64,000 nt of DNA. Source: the human T2T-CHM13v2.0 reference genome, Homo sapiens. Shown piece by piece: positions 51,404 through 64,000 of the stretch. The notes under the pieces were generated by a model. The model was not told where the DNA came from. It saw only the letters and a list, made by a program, of their open reading frames with translations, and made no database searches. The stretch is taken from the NCBI RefSeq assembly GCF_009914755.1, contig NC_060939.1. One strand, 5' to 3'. The position numbers and the translations under genes were made by a program. Numbering within the stretch: the first letter of the stretch is position 1; each line of letters opens with the position of its first letter.

Positions 51404-54400
51404 ATGTTTCCAAAATGCTGTATCCAAACAAAGGTTCAACTCTGTGAATTGAGGGCATACATCACAAAGAAGATTCTGAGAATGCTTCTGTCTAGATTTT
51501 ATATGAAAATATTCCCGTTTCCAACGAAATCCTCAAAGCTATCCAAATATCCACTTGCAAATGCCACAAAAAGAGTGTTTCCAAACTGCTCTGTGAAAAG
51601 GAAGGTTCAACTCTGTTAGTTGAGTACACACATCACAAAGAGGTTTCTGAGAATGCTGCTGACTAGTTTTTATTTGAAGATATTTCCCTTTTCACCTTAG
51701 GCCTAAGAGTGCTCGAAATGTCCATTTCCACATACTCCACAAAGTGTGTTTCAAACGTGCTGTATGAAAGGGAATGTTCAACTCTATGAGTTGAATGCAA
51801 ACATCACAAAGAAGATTCTGAGAATGCTTTTGTCTAGATTTTATATGAAGATATTCCCGTGTCCAACGAAATTTTCAAAGGTCTCCAAATATCCATTTGT
51901 AGATTCTACAAAAAGAGTGTTTCCAAACTGCTGTATCAAAACAAAGGTTGAACTCTGTGAGTTGAGGACACACATCACAAATAAGTTTCTGAGAATGCTT
52001 CTGTCTAGTTTTTATTTGAAGATGTTTCCTTTTTCACCATAGGCCTGAAAGCGCTCGAAATGTCCACTTCCAGATAGTACAGAAAGAGTGTTTCAAACCT
52101 GCTCTATGAACGGGAATGTTCAGCTCTGTGAGTTGAATGCAAACATCACAAAGCAGGTTCTGAGAATGCTTCCGTCTAGATTTTAAATGAGGATATTCCC
52201 GTTTCCAACGAAATCCTCGAAGCTATCCAAATATCCACTTGCAGATTCCACAAAAAGAGTGTTTCAAAACTGCTCTGTCAAAAGATAGGTTCAACTCTGT
52301 TAGTTGAGTACACACATGGCAAACAAGATTGCGAGAATGCTTTCGTCTAGTTTTTTTGGGAAGATATTTCCTTCTTCACCATAGGCCTCAAAGCGCTCCA
52401 AATATCCATTTCCACATGCTATACAAAGAGTGTCTCAAACCTGCTGTATGAATGGGAATGTTCAACTCTATGAGTTGAATGCAAACATCACAAAGAAGTT
52501 TCTGAGAATGCTGCTGTCTAGATTTTATATGAAGGTTTTCCCGCTTCCAACGAAATTTTCAATGCTCTCAAAATATCCTCTTGTAGATTCTACAAAAAGA
52601 GTGTTTCCAAACTGCTGTATCAAAACAAAGGTTCATCTCTGTTAGTTGAGGACACACATCACAAATAAGTTTCTGAGAATGCTTCTGTCTAGTTCTTATT
52701 TGAAGACATTTCCTTTCTCACCTTAGGCCTGAAAACGCTCGAAATATCCACTTCCAGATACGACAGAAACTGTGATTCAAACCTGCTCTGTGAAAGGGAA
52801 TGTTCAACTAGGTGACTTGAATGCAAACATCACAAAGCAGTTTCTGAGAATGCTGCTGTCTACTTTCTATTTGTAATCCCGTTTCCAACGAAATCCTCAG
52901 AACTATCGAAATTTCCAATTGCAGATTCCACAGAAACAGGGTTTCAAAGCTGCTCTGTAAAAAGAAAGGTTCAACTCTGTTAGTTGAATACACACGTCAC
53001 AAACAAGTTTCTGAGAATGCTTCTGTCTAGTTTTTATGGGAAGATATTTCCTTTTTCACCGTAGGCCTCAAAGCGCTCCAAATGTCCACTTCCACATACT
53101 ACAAAAAGAGTGTTTCAAACCTGCTGTATGAAAGGGAATGTTCAACTCTATGAGTTGAATGCAAACATTACAAAGAAGTTTCTGAGAATGCTTCTGTCTA
53201 GATTTTATATGAAGGTTTTCCCGTTTCCAACGAAATTTTCAATGCTCTCAAAATATCCACTTGTAGATTCTACAAAAAGAGTGTTTCCAAACTGCTGTGT
53301 CAAAAGAAAGGTTCAACTCTGTTAGTTGAGGACACACATCACAAATAAGTTTCTGAGAATGCTTCTGTCTAGTTCTTATTTGAAGACATTTCCTTTCTCA
53401 CCTTAGGCCTGAAAACGCTCGAAATATCCACTTCCAGATACGACAGAAACAGTGATTCAAACCTGCTCTATGAAAGGGAATGTTCAACTAGGTGACTTGA
53501 ATGCAAACATCACAAAGCAGTTTCTGAGAATGCTGCTGTCTACTTTCTATTTGTAATCCCGTTTCCAACGAAATCCTCAGAACTATCGAAATTTCCAATT
53601 GCAGATTCCACAAAAAGCGTGTTTCAAAGCTGCTCTGTAAAAAGAAAGGTTCAACTCTGTTAGTTGAATACACACGTCACAAACAAGTTTCTGAGAATGC
53701 TTCTGTCTAGTTTTTATGGGAAGATATTTCCTTTTTCACCGTAGGCCTCAAAGCGCTCCAAATGTCCACTTCCACATACTACAAAAAGAGTGTTTCAAAC
53801 CTGCTCTATGATAGGGAATGTTGAAACCTATGAGTTGAATGCAAGCATTACAAAGAGGTTTCTGAGAATGCTTCTGTCTAGATTTTATATGTAGATATTC
53901 CCGTTTCCAACGAAATCCTCAAAGCTATCCAAATATCAACTTGCAGATTCTACAAAAGGAATGTTTCCAAAATGCTGTATCCAAACAAAGGTTCAACTCT
54001 GTGAATTGAGGGCATACATCACAAAGAAGATTCTGAGAATGCTTCTGTCTAGATTTTATATGAAAATATTCCCGTTTCCAACGAAATCCTCAAAGCTATC
54101 CAAATATCCACTTGCAAATGCCACAAAAAGAGTGTTTCCAAACTGCTCTGTGAAAAGGAAGGTTCAACTCTGTTAGTTGAGTACACACATCACAAAGAGG
54201 TTTCTGAGAATGCTGCTGACTAGTTTTTATTTGAAGATATTTCCCTTTTCACCTTAGGCCTAAGAGTGCTCGAAATGTCCATTTCCACATACTCCACAAA
54301 GTGTGTTTCAAACGTGCTGTATGAAAGGGAATGTTCAACTCTATGAGTTGAATGCAAACATCACAAAGAAGATTCTGAGAATGCTTTTGTCTAGATTTTA

Positions 54401-57400
54401 TATGAAGATATTCCCGTGTCCAACGAAATTTTCAAAGGTCTCCAAATATCCATTTGTAGATTCTACAAAAAGAGTGTTTCCAAACTGCTGTATCAAAACA
54501 AAGGTTGAACTCTGTGAGTTGAGGACACACATCACAAATAAGTTTCTGAGAATGCTTCTGTCTAGTTTTTATTTGAAGATGTTTCCTTTTTCACCATAGG
54601 CCTGAAAGCGCTCGAAATGTCCACTTCCAGATAGTACAGAAAGAGTGTTTCAAACCTGCTCTATGAACGGGAATGTTCAGCTCTGTGAGTTGAATGCAAA
54701 CATCACAAAGCAGGTTCTGAGAATGCTTCCGTCTAGATTTTAAATGAGGATATTCCCGTTTCCAACGAAATCCTCGAAGCTATCCAAATATCCACTTGCA
54801 GATTCCACAAAAAGAGTGTTTCAAAACTGCTCTGTCAAAAGATAGGTTCAACTCTGTTAGTTGAGTACACACATGGCAAACAAGATTGCGAGAATGCTTT
54901 CGTCTAGTTTTTTTGGGAAGATATTTCCTTCTTCACCATAGGCCTCAAAGCGCTCCAAATATCCATTTCCACATGCTATACAAAGAGTGTCTCAAACCTG
55001 CTGTATGAATGGGAATGTTCAACTCTATGAGTTGAATGCAAACATCACAAAGAAGTTTCTGAGAATGCTGCTGTCTAGATTTTATATGAAGGTTTTCCCG
55101 CTTCCAACGAAATTTTCAATGCTCTCAAAATATCCTCTTGTAGATTCTACAAAAAGAGTGTTTCCAAACTGCTGTATCAAAACAAAGGTTCATCTCTGTT
55201 AGTTGAGGACACACATCACAAATAAGTTTCTGAGAATGCTTCTGTCTAGTTCTTATTTGAAGACATTTCCTTTCTCACCTTAGGCCTGAAAGCGCTCGAA
55301 ATACCCACTTCCAGATACTACAGAAACAGTGATTCAAACCTGCTCTATGAAAGGGAATGTTCAACTATGTGACTTGAATGCAAACATCACAAAGCAGTTT
55401 CTGAGAATGCTGCTGTCTACTTTCTATTTGTAATCCCGTTTCCAACGAAATCCTCAGAACTATCGAAATTTCCAATTGCAGATTCCACAGAAACAGGGTT
55501 TCAAAGCTGCTCTGTAAAAAGAAAGGTTCAACTCTGTTAGTTGAATACACACGTCACAAACAAGTTTCTGAGAATGCTTCTGTCTAGTTTTTATGGGAAG
55601 ATATTTCCTTTTTCACCGTAGGCCTCAAAGCGCTCCAAATGTCCACTTCCACATACTACAAAAAGAGTGTTTCAAACCTGCTCTATGATAGGGAATGTTG
55701 AAACCTATGAGTTGAATGCAAGCATTACAAAGAGGTTTCTGAGAATGCTTCTGTCTAGATTTTATATGTAGATATTCCCGTTTCCAACGAAATCCTCAAA
55801 GCTATCCAAATATCAACTTGCAGATTCTACAAAAGGAATGTTTCCAAAATGCTGTATCCAAACAAAGGTTCAACTCTGTGAATTGAGGGCATACATCACA
55901 AAGAAGATTCTGAGAATGCTTCTGTCTAGATTTTATATGAAAATATTCCCGTTTCCAACGAAATCCTCAAAGCTATCCAAATATCCACTTGCAAATGCCA
56001 CAAAAAGAGTGTTTCCAAACTGCTCTGTGAAAAGGAAGGTTCAACTCTGTTAGTTGAGTACACACATCACAAAGAGGTTTCTGAGAATGCTGCTGACTAG
56101 TTTTTATTTGAAGATATTTCCCTTTTCACCTTAGGCCTAAGAGTGCTCGAAATGTCCATTTCCACATACTCCACAAAGTGTGTTTCAAACGTGCTGTATG
56201 AAAGGGAATGTTCAACTCTATGAGTTGAATGCAAACATCACAAAGAAGATTCTGAGAATGCTTTTGTCTAGATTTTATATGAAGATATTCCCGTGTCCAA
56301 CGAAATTTTCAAAGGTCTCCAAATAAAGATTGTTTCCAAACTGCTGTATCAAAACAAAGGTTGAACTCTGTGAGTTGAGGACACACATCACAAATAAGTT
56401 TCTGAGAATGCTTCTGTCTAGTTTTTATTTGAAGATGTTTCCTTTTTCACCATAGGCCTGAAAGCGCTCGAAATGTCCACTTCCAGATAGTACAGAAAGA
56501 GTGTTTCAAACCTGCTCTATGAACGGGAATGTTCAGCTCTGTGAGTTGAATGCAAACATCACAAAGCAGGTTCTGAGAATGCTTCCGTCTAGATTTTAAA
56601 TGAGGATATTCCCGTTTCCAACGAAATCCTCGAAGCTATCCAAATATCCACTTGCAGATTCCACAAAAAGAGTGTTTCAAAACTGCTCTGTCAAAAGATA
56701 GGTTCAACTCTGTTAGTTGAGTACACACATGGCAAACAAGATTGCGAGAATGCTTTCGTCTAGTTTTTTTGGGAAGATATTTCCTTCTTCACCATAGGCC
56801 TCAAAGCGCTCCAAATATCCATTTCCACATGCTATACAAAGAGTGTCTCAAACCTGCTGTATGAATGGGAATGTTCAACTCTATGAGTTGAATGCAAACA
56901 TCACAAAGAAGTTTCTGAGAATGCTTCTGTCTAGATTTTATATGAAGGTTTTCCCGCTTCCAACGAAATTTTCAATGCTCTCAAAATATCCTCTTGTAGA
57001 TTCTACAAAAAGAGTGTTTCCAAACTGCTGTATCAAAACAAAGGTTCATCTCTGTTAGTTGAGGACACACATCACAAATAAGTTTCTGAGAATGCTTCTG
57101 TCTAGTTCTTATTTGAAGACATTTCCTTTCTCACCTTAGGCCTGAAAGCGCTCGAAATACCCACTTCCAGATACTACAGAAACAGTGATTCAAACCTGCT
57201 CTATGAAAGGGAATGTTCAACTATGTGACTTGAATGCAAACATCACAAAGCAGTTTCTGAGAATGCTGCTGTCTACTTTCTATTTGTAATCCCGTTTCCA
57301 ACGAAATCCTCAGAACTATCGAAATTTCCAATTGCAGATTCCACAGAAACAGGGTTTCAAAGCTGCTCTGTAAAAAGAAAGGTTCAACTCTGTTAGTTGA

Positions 57401-60250
57401 ATACACACGTCACAAACAAGTTTCTGAGAATGCTTCTGTCTAGTTTTTATGGGAAGATATTTCCTTTTTCACCGTAGGCCTCAAAGCGCTCCAAATGTCC
57501 ACTTCCACATACTACAAAAAGAGTGTTTCAAACCTGCTGTATGAAAGGGAATGTTCAACTCTATGAGTTGAATGCAAACATTACAAAGAAGTTTCTGAGA
57601 ATGCTTCTGTCTAGATTTTATATGAAGGTTTTCCCGTTTCCAACGAAATTTTCAATGCTCTCAAAATATCCACTTGTAGATTCTACAAAAAGAGTGTTTC
57701 CAAACTGCTGTGTCAAAAGAAAGGTTCAACTCTGTTAGTTGAGGACACACATCACAAATAAGTTTCTGAGAATGCTTCTGTCTAGTTCTTATTTGAAGAC
57801 ATTTCCTTTCTCACCTTAGGCCTGAAAACGCTCGAAATATCCACTTCCAGATACGACAGAAACAGTGATTCAAACCTGCTCTATGAAAGGGAATGTTCAA
57901 CTAGGTGACTTGAATGCAAACATCACAAAGCAGTTTCTGAGAATGCTGCTGTCTACTTTCTATTTGTAATCCCGTTTCCAACGAAATCCTCAGAACTATC
58001 GAAATTTCCAATTGCAGATTCCACAAAAAGCGTGTTTCAAAGCTGCTCTGTAAAAAGAAAGGTTCAACTCTGTTAGTTGAATACACACGTCACAAACAAG
58101 TTTCTGAGAATGCTTCTGTCTAGTTTTTATGGGAAGATATTTCCTTTTTCACCGTAGGCCTCAAAGCGCTCCAAATGTCCACTTCCACATACTACAAAAA
58201 GAGTGTTTCAAACCTGCTCTATGATAGGGAATGTTGAAACCTATGAGTTGAATGCAAGCATTACAAAGAGGTTTCTGAGAATGCTTCTGTCTAGATTTTA
58301 TATGTAGATATTCCCGTTTCCAACGAAATCCTCAAAGCTATCCAAATATCAACTTGCAGATTCTACAAAAGGAATGTTTCCAAAATGCTGTATCCAAACA
58401 AAGGTTCAACTCTGTGAATTGAGGGCATACATCACAAAGAAGATTCTGAGAATGCTTCTGTCTAGATTTTATATGAAAATATTCCCGTTTCCAACGAAAT
58501 CCTCAAAGCTATCCAAATATCCACTTGCAAATGCCACAAAAAGAGTGTTTCCAAACTGCTCTGTGAAAAGGAAGGTTCAACTCTGTTAGTTGAGTACACA
58601 CATCACAAAGAGGTTTCTGAGAATGCTGCTGACTAGTTTTTATTTGAAGATATTTCCCTTTTCACCTTAGGCCTAAGAGTGCTCGAAATGTCCATTTCCA
58701 CATACTCCACAAAGTGTGTTTCAAACGTGCTGTATGAAAGGGAATGTTCAACTCTATGAGTTGAATGCAAACATCACAAAGAAGATTCTGAGAATGCTTT
58801 TGTCTAGATTTTATATGAAGATATTCCCGTGTCCAACGAAATTTTCAAAGGTCTCCAAATATCCATTTGTAGATTCTACAAAAAGAGTGTTTCCAAACTG
58901 CTGTATCAAAACAAAGGTTGAACTCTGTGAGTTGAGGACACACATCACAAATAAGTTTCTGAGAATGCTTCTGTCTAGTTTTTATTTGAAGATGTTTCCT
59001 TTTTCACCATAGGCCTGAAAGCGCTCGAAATGTCCACTTCCAGATAGTACAGAAAGAGTGTTTCAAACCTGCTCTATGAACGGGAATGTTCAGCTCTGTG
59101 AGTTGAATGCAAACATCACAAAGCAGGTTCTGAGAATGCTTCCGTCTAGATTTTAAATGAGGATATTCCCGTTTCCAACGAAATCCTCGAAGCTATCCAA
59201 ATATCCACTTGCAGATTCCACAAAAAGAGTGTTTCAAAACTGCTCTGTCAAAAGATAGGTTCAACTCTGTTAGTTGAGTACACACATGGCAAACAAGATT
59301 GCGAGAATGCTTTCGTCTAGTTTTTTTGGGAAGATATTTCCTTCTTCACCATAGGCCTCAAAGCGCTCCAAATATCCATTTCCACATGCTATACAAAGAG
59401 TGTCTCAAACCTGCTGTATGAATGGGAATGTTCAACTCTATGAGTTGAATGCAAACATCACAAAGAAGTTTCTGAGAATGCTGCTGTCTAGATTTTATAT
59501 GAAGGTTTTCCCGCTTCCAACGAAATTTTCAATGCTCTCAAAATATCCTCTTGTAGATTCTACAAAAAGAGTGTTTCCAAACTGCTGTATCAAAACAAAG
59601 GTTCATCTCTGTTAGTTGAGGACACACATCACAAATAAGTTTCTGAGAATGCTTCTGTCTAGTTCTTATTTGAAGACATTTCCTTTCTCACCTTAGGCCT
59701 GAAAGCGCTCGAAATACCCACTTCCAGATACTACAGAAACAGTGATTCAAACCTGCTCTATGAAAGGGAATGTTCAACTATGTGACTTGAATGCAAACAT
59801 CACAAAGCAGTTTCTGAGAATGCTGCTGTCTACTTTCTATTTGTAATCCCGTTTCCAACGAAATCCTCAGAACTATCGAAATTTCCAATTGCAGATTCCA
59901 CAGAAACAGGGTTTCAAAGCTGCTCTGTAAAAAGAAAGGTTCAACTCTGTTAGTTGAATACACACGTCACAAACAAGTTTCTGAGAATGCTTCTGTCTAG
60001 TTTTTATGGGAAGATATTTCCTTTTTCACCGTAGGCCTCAAAGCGCTCCAAATGTCCACTTCCACATACTACAAAAAGAGTGTTTCAAACCTGCTCTATG
60101 ATAGGGAATGTTGAAACGTATGAGTTGAATGCAAGCATTACAAAGAGGTTTCTGAGAATGCTTCTGTCTAGATTTTATATGTAGATATTCCCGTTTCCAA
60201 CGAAATCCTCAAAGCTATCCAAATATCAACTTGCAGATTCTACAAAAGGA

Positions 60251-62106
60251 ATGTTTCCAAAATGCTGTATCCAAACAAAGGTTCAACTCTGTGAATTGAG
60301 GGCATACATCACAAAGAAGATTCTGAGAATGCTTCTGTCTAGATTTTATATGAAAATATTCCCGTTTCCAACGAAATCCTCAAAGCTATCCAAATATCCA
60401 CTTGCAAATGCCACAAAAAGAGTGTTTCCAAACTGCTCTGTGAAAAGGAAGGTTCAACTCTGTTAGTTGAGTACACACATCACAAAGAGGTTTCTGAGAA
60501 TGCTGCTGACTAGTTTTTATTTGAAGATATTTCCCTTTTCACCTTAGGCCTAAGAGTGCTCGAAATGTCCATTTCCACATACTCCACAAAGTGTGTTTCA
60601 AACGTGCTGTATGAAAGGGAATGTTCAACTCTATGAGTTGAATGCAAACATCACAAAGAAGATTCTGAGAATGCTTTTGTCTAGATTTTATATGAAGATA
60701 TTCCCGTGTCCAACGAAATTTTCAAAGGTCTCCAAATAAAGATTGTTTCCAAACTGCTGTATCAAAACAAAGGTTGAACTCTGTGAGTTGAGGACACACA
60801 TCACAAATAAGTTTCTGAGAATGCTTCTGTCTAGTTTTTATTTGAAGATGTTTCCTTTTTCACCATAGGCCTGAAAGCGCTCGAAATGTCCACTTCCAGA
60901 TAGTACAGAAAGAGTGTTTCAAACCTGCTCTATGAACGGGAATGTTCAGCTCTGTGAGTTGAATGCAAACATCACAAAGCAGGTTCTGAGAATGCTTCCG
61001 TCTAGATTTTAAATGAGGATATTCCCGTTTCCAACGAAATCCTCGAAGCTATCCAAATATCCACTTGCAGATTCCACAAAAAGAGTGTTTCAAAACTGCT
61101 CTGTCAAAAGATAGGTTCAACTCTGTTAGTTGAGTACACACATGGCAAACAAGATTGCGAGAATGCTTTCGTCTAGTTTTTTTGGGAAGATATTTCCTTC
61201 TTCACCATAGGCCTCAAAGCGCTCCAAATATCCATTTCCACATGCTATACAAAGAGTGTCTCAAACCTGCTGTATGAATGGGAATGTTCAACTCTATGAG
61301 TTGAATGCAAACATCACAAAGAAGTTTCTGAGAATGCTTCTGTCTAGATTTTATATGAAGGTTTTCCCGCTTCCAACGAAATTTTCAATGCTCTCAAAAT
61401 ATCCTCTTGTAGATTCTACAAAAAGAGTGTTTCCAAACTGCTGTATCAAAACAAAGGTTCATCTCTGTTAGTTGAGGACACACATCACAAATAAGTTTCT
61501 GAGAATGCTTCTGTCTAGTTCTTATTTGAAGACATTTCCTTTCTCACCTTAGGCCTGAAAGCGCTCGAAATACCCACTTCCAGATACTACAGAAACAGTG
61601 ATTCAAACCTGCTCTATGAAAGGGAATGTTCAACTATGTGACTTGAATGCAAACATCACAAAGCAGTTTCTGAGAATGCTGCTGTCTACTTTCTATTTGT
61701 AATCCCGTTTCCAACGAAATCCTCAGAACTATCGAAATTTCCAATTGCAGATTCCACAGAAACAGGGTTTCAAAGCTGCTCTGTAAAAAGAAAGGTTCAA
61801 CTCTGTTAGTTGAATACACACGTCACAAACAAGTTTCTGAGAATGCTTCTGTCTAGTTTTTATGGGAAGATATTTCCTTTTTCACGGTAGGCCTCAAAGC
61901 GCTCCAAATGTCCACTTCCACATACTACAAAAAGAGTGTTTCAAACCTGCTCTATGATAGGGAATGTTGAAACCTATGAGTTGAATGCAAGCATTACAAA
62001 GAGGTTTCTGAGAATGCTTCTGTCTAGATTTTATATGTAGATATTCCCGTTTCCAACGAAATCCTCAAAGCTATCCAAATATCAACTTGCAGATTCTACA
62101 AAAGGA
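60251..62106. repeat. 11-mer HOR with 21-bp deletion, 1856 bp (pure block A, 'cacGgtag' variant at 61886)
   Basis: Anchor spacing is 1856 bp; deletion junction at 60738/60739. Confidence 0.95.
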
Positions 62107-64000
62107 ATGTTTCCAAAATGCTGTATCCAAACAAAGGTTCAACTCTGTGAATTGAGGGCATACATCACAAAGAAGATTCTGAGAATGCTTCTGTCTAGAT
62201 TTTATATGAAAATATTCCCGTTTCCAACGAAATCCTCAAAGCTATCCAAATATCCACTTGCAAATGCCACAAAAAGAGTGTTTCCAAACTGCTCTGTGAA
62301 AAGGAAGGTTCAACTCTGTTAGTTGAGTACACACATCACAAAGAGGTTTCTGAGAATGCTGCTGACTAGTTTTTATTTGAAGATATTTCCCTTTTCACCT
62401 TAGGCCTAAGAGTGCTCGAAATGTCCATTTCCACATACTCCACAAAGTGTGTTTCAAACGTGCTGTATGAAAGGGAATGTTCAACTCTATGAGTTGAATG
62501 CAAACATCACAAAGAAGATTCTGAGAATGCTTTTGTCTAGATTTTATATGAAGATATTCCCGTGTCCAACGAAATTTTCAAAGGTCTCCAAATATCCATT
62601 TGTAGATTCTACAAAAAGAGTGTTTCCAAACTGCTGTATCAAAACAAAGGTTGAACTCTGTGAGTTGAGGACACACATCACAAATAAGTTTCTGAGAATG
62701 CTTCTGTCTAGTTTTTATTTGAAGATGTTTCCTTTTTCACCATAGGCCTGAAAGCGCTCGAAATGTCCACTTCCAGATAGTACAGAAAGAGTGTTTCAAA
62801 CCTGCTCTATGAACGGGAATGTTCAGCTCTGTGAGTTGAATGCAAACATCACAAAGCAGGTTCTGAGAATGCTTCCGTCTAGATTTTAAATGAGGATATT
62901 CCCGTTTCCAACGAAATCCTCGAAGCTATCCAAATATCCACTTGCAGATTCCACAAAAAGAGTGTTTCAAAACTGCTCTGTCAAAAGATAGGTTCAACTC
63001 TGTTAGTTGAGTACACACATGGCAAACAAGATTGCGAGAATGCTTTCGTCTAGTTTTTTTGGGAAGATATTTCCTTCTTCACCATAGGCCTCAAAGCGCT
63101 CCAAATATCCATTTCCACATGCTATACAAAGAGTGTCTCAAACCTGCTGTATGAATGGGAATGTTCAACTCTATGAGTTGAATGCAAACATCACAAAGCA
63201 GTTTCTGAGAATGCTGCTGTCTACTTTCTATTTGTAATCCCGTTTCCAACGAAATCCTCAGAACTATCGAAATTTCCAATTGCAGATTCCACAAAAAGCG
63301 TGTTTCAAAGCTGCTCTGTAAAAAGAAAGGTTCAACTCTGTTAGTTGAATACACACGTCACAAACAAGTTTCTGAGAATGCTTCTGTCTAGTTTTTATGG
63401 GAAGATATTTCCTTTTTCACCGTAGGCCTCAAAGCGCTCCAAATGTCCACTTCCACATACTACAAAAAGAGTGTTTCAAACCTGCTGTATGAAAGGGAAT
63501 GTTCAACTCTATGAGTTGAATGCAAACATTACAAAGAAGTTTCTGAGAATGCTTCTGTCTAGATTTTATATGAAGGTTTTCCCGTTTCCAACGAAATTTT
63601 CAATGCTCTCAAAATATCCACTTGTAGATTCTACAAAAAGAGTGTTTCCAAACTGCTGTGTCAAAAGAAAGGTTCAACTCTGTTAGTTGAGGACACACAT
63701 CACAAATAAGTTTCTGAGAATGCTTCTGTCTAGTTCTTATTTGAAGACATTTCCTTTCTCACCTTAGGCTTGAAAACGCTCGAAATATCCACTTCCAGAT
63801 ACGACAGAAACAGTGATTCAAACCTGCTCTATGAAAGGGAATGTTCAACTAGGTGACTTGAATGCAAACATCACAAAGCAGTTTCTGAGAATGCTGCTGT
63901 CTACTTTCTATTTGTAATCCCGTTTCCAACGAAATCCTCAGAACTATCGAAATTTCCAATTGCAGATTCCACAAAAAGCGTGTTTCAAAGCTGCTCTGTA
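62107..64000. repeat. Second copy of the 13-monomer HOR variant (truncated by the window end)
   Basis: The same fusion junction occurs at 63178-63198. ORF offsets match the first copy (62449/63091/63471 versus 224/866/1246, a shift of 62225). Confidence 0.9.

Larger units (their letters stand above)
1..64000 (-). repeat. Centromeric alpha-satellite (ALR/Alpha) higher-order repeat array, dimeric A/B monomer organisation (SF2-like), probably human chr15 D15Z3
   Basis: Continuous ~171-bp monomers with alphoid motifs (ttctgagaatgcttctgtctag, gttcaactctgtgagttgaatgca, aaaagagtgtttc). CENP-B boxes read TTCGTTGGAAACGGGA on the minus strand. HOR copies are near-identical at 1877/2557-bp periods. The alpha-satellite call is certain; the chromosome assignment rests on recalled HOR lengths (about 0.7). 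Confidence 0.99.

Noticed and set aside
224-63686. More than 100 short ORFs (61-98 aa) in a few near-identical families on both strands
   Set aside because: They recur exactly with the satellite period, mostly begin at GTG or other non-ATG codons, show no recognisable domain, and are made or broken by HOR rearrangements. They are chance alphoid reading frames.
1-64000. CRISPR-like or other repeat-spacer system
   Set aside because: There are no unique spacers and no cas-like genes. All intervening sequence is itself repeated alpha-satellite monomer.
1-64000. Embedded L1/Alu/ERV insertion, foreign DNA or inversion
   Set aside because: All anchor spacings are explained by 1856, 1877, 2215, 2536 or 2557 bp with no residual. 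There is no poly(A) tail or target-site duplication, and orientation is constant.
1-64000. Assignment to other 11-mer-containing arrays (D8Z2, D9Z4, D13Z1/D21Z1, D1Z5)
   Set aside because: Not formally excluded without alignment. As I recall them, their unit lengths and variant sets fit less well than D15Z3, and the dimeric A/B pattern argues against pentameric SF3 arrays.

Overview
The whole 64 kb window is an uninterrupted, single-orientation array of primate (almost certainly human) centromeric alpha satellite, built from ~171-bp monomers. CENP-B-box (B-type) and pJ-alpha (A-type) monomers alternate in a dimeric, SF2-like higher-order repeat (HOR). I saw no genes, transposons or inversions, and every listed ORF is a chance reading frame repeated with the satellite. 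I phased the HOR at the once-per-unit sequence 'aaaggaATGtttccaaaatgctg' (anchors 2097, 3953, 6510, 9067, 10944, 13480, 16037, 17914, 20471, 22348, 24905, 26782, 29318, 31195, 33731, 35608, 38144, 40701, 42578, 45114, 47671, 49548, 51404, 53961, 55838, 58374, 60251, 62107). The unit order is then [13] 11d 15 15 11 15d 15 11 15 11 15 11 15d 11 15d 11 15d 15 11 15d 15 11 11d 15 11 15d 11 11d [13]. Unit lengths are 11 = 1877 bp, 15 = 2557 bp (11-mer plus a 680-bp 4-monomer duplication) and 13 = 2215 bp; d marks units carrying a 21-bp deletion (1856 or 2536 bp). From recall, the 1877-bp 11-mer/15-mer/26-mer pattern best fits the chromosome 15 active array D15Z3 (S2C15H1L), but I did not verify this by alignment. 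I found no new protein-coding system. The points of interest are the nested super-HORs (26-mer, 41-mer, ~14 kb and 31.6 kb offset duplications), a spreading 150-bp truncated monomer, recombinant or converted units, and a divergence gradient. All SNV calls were made by eye.
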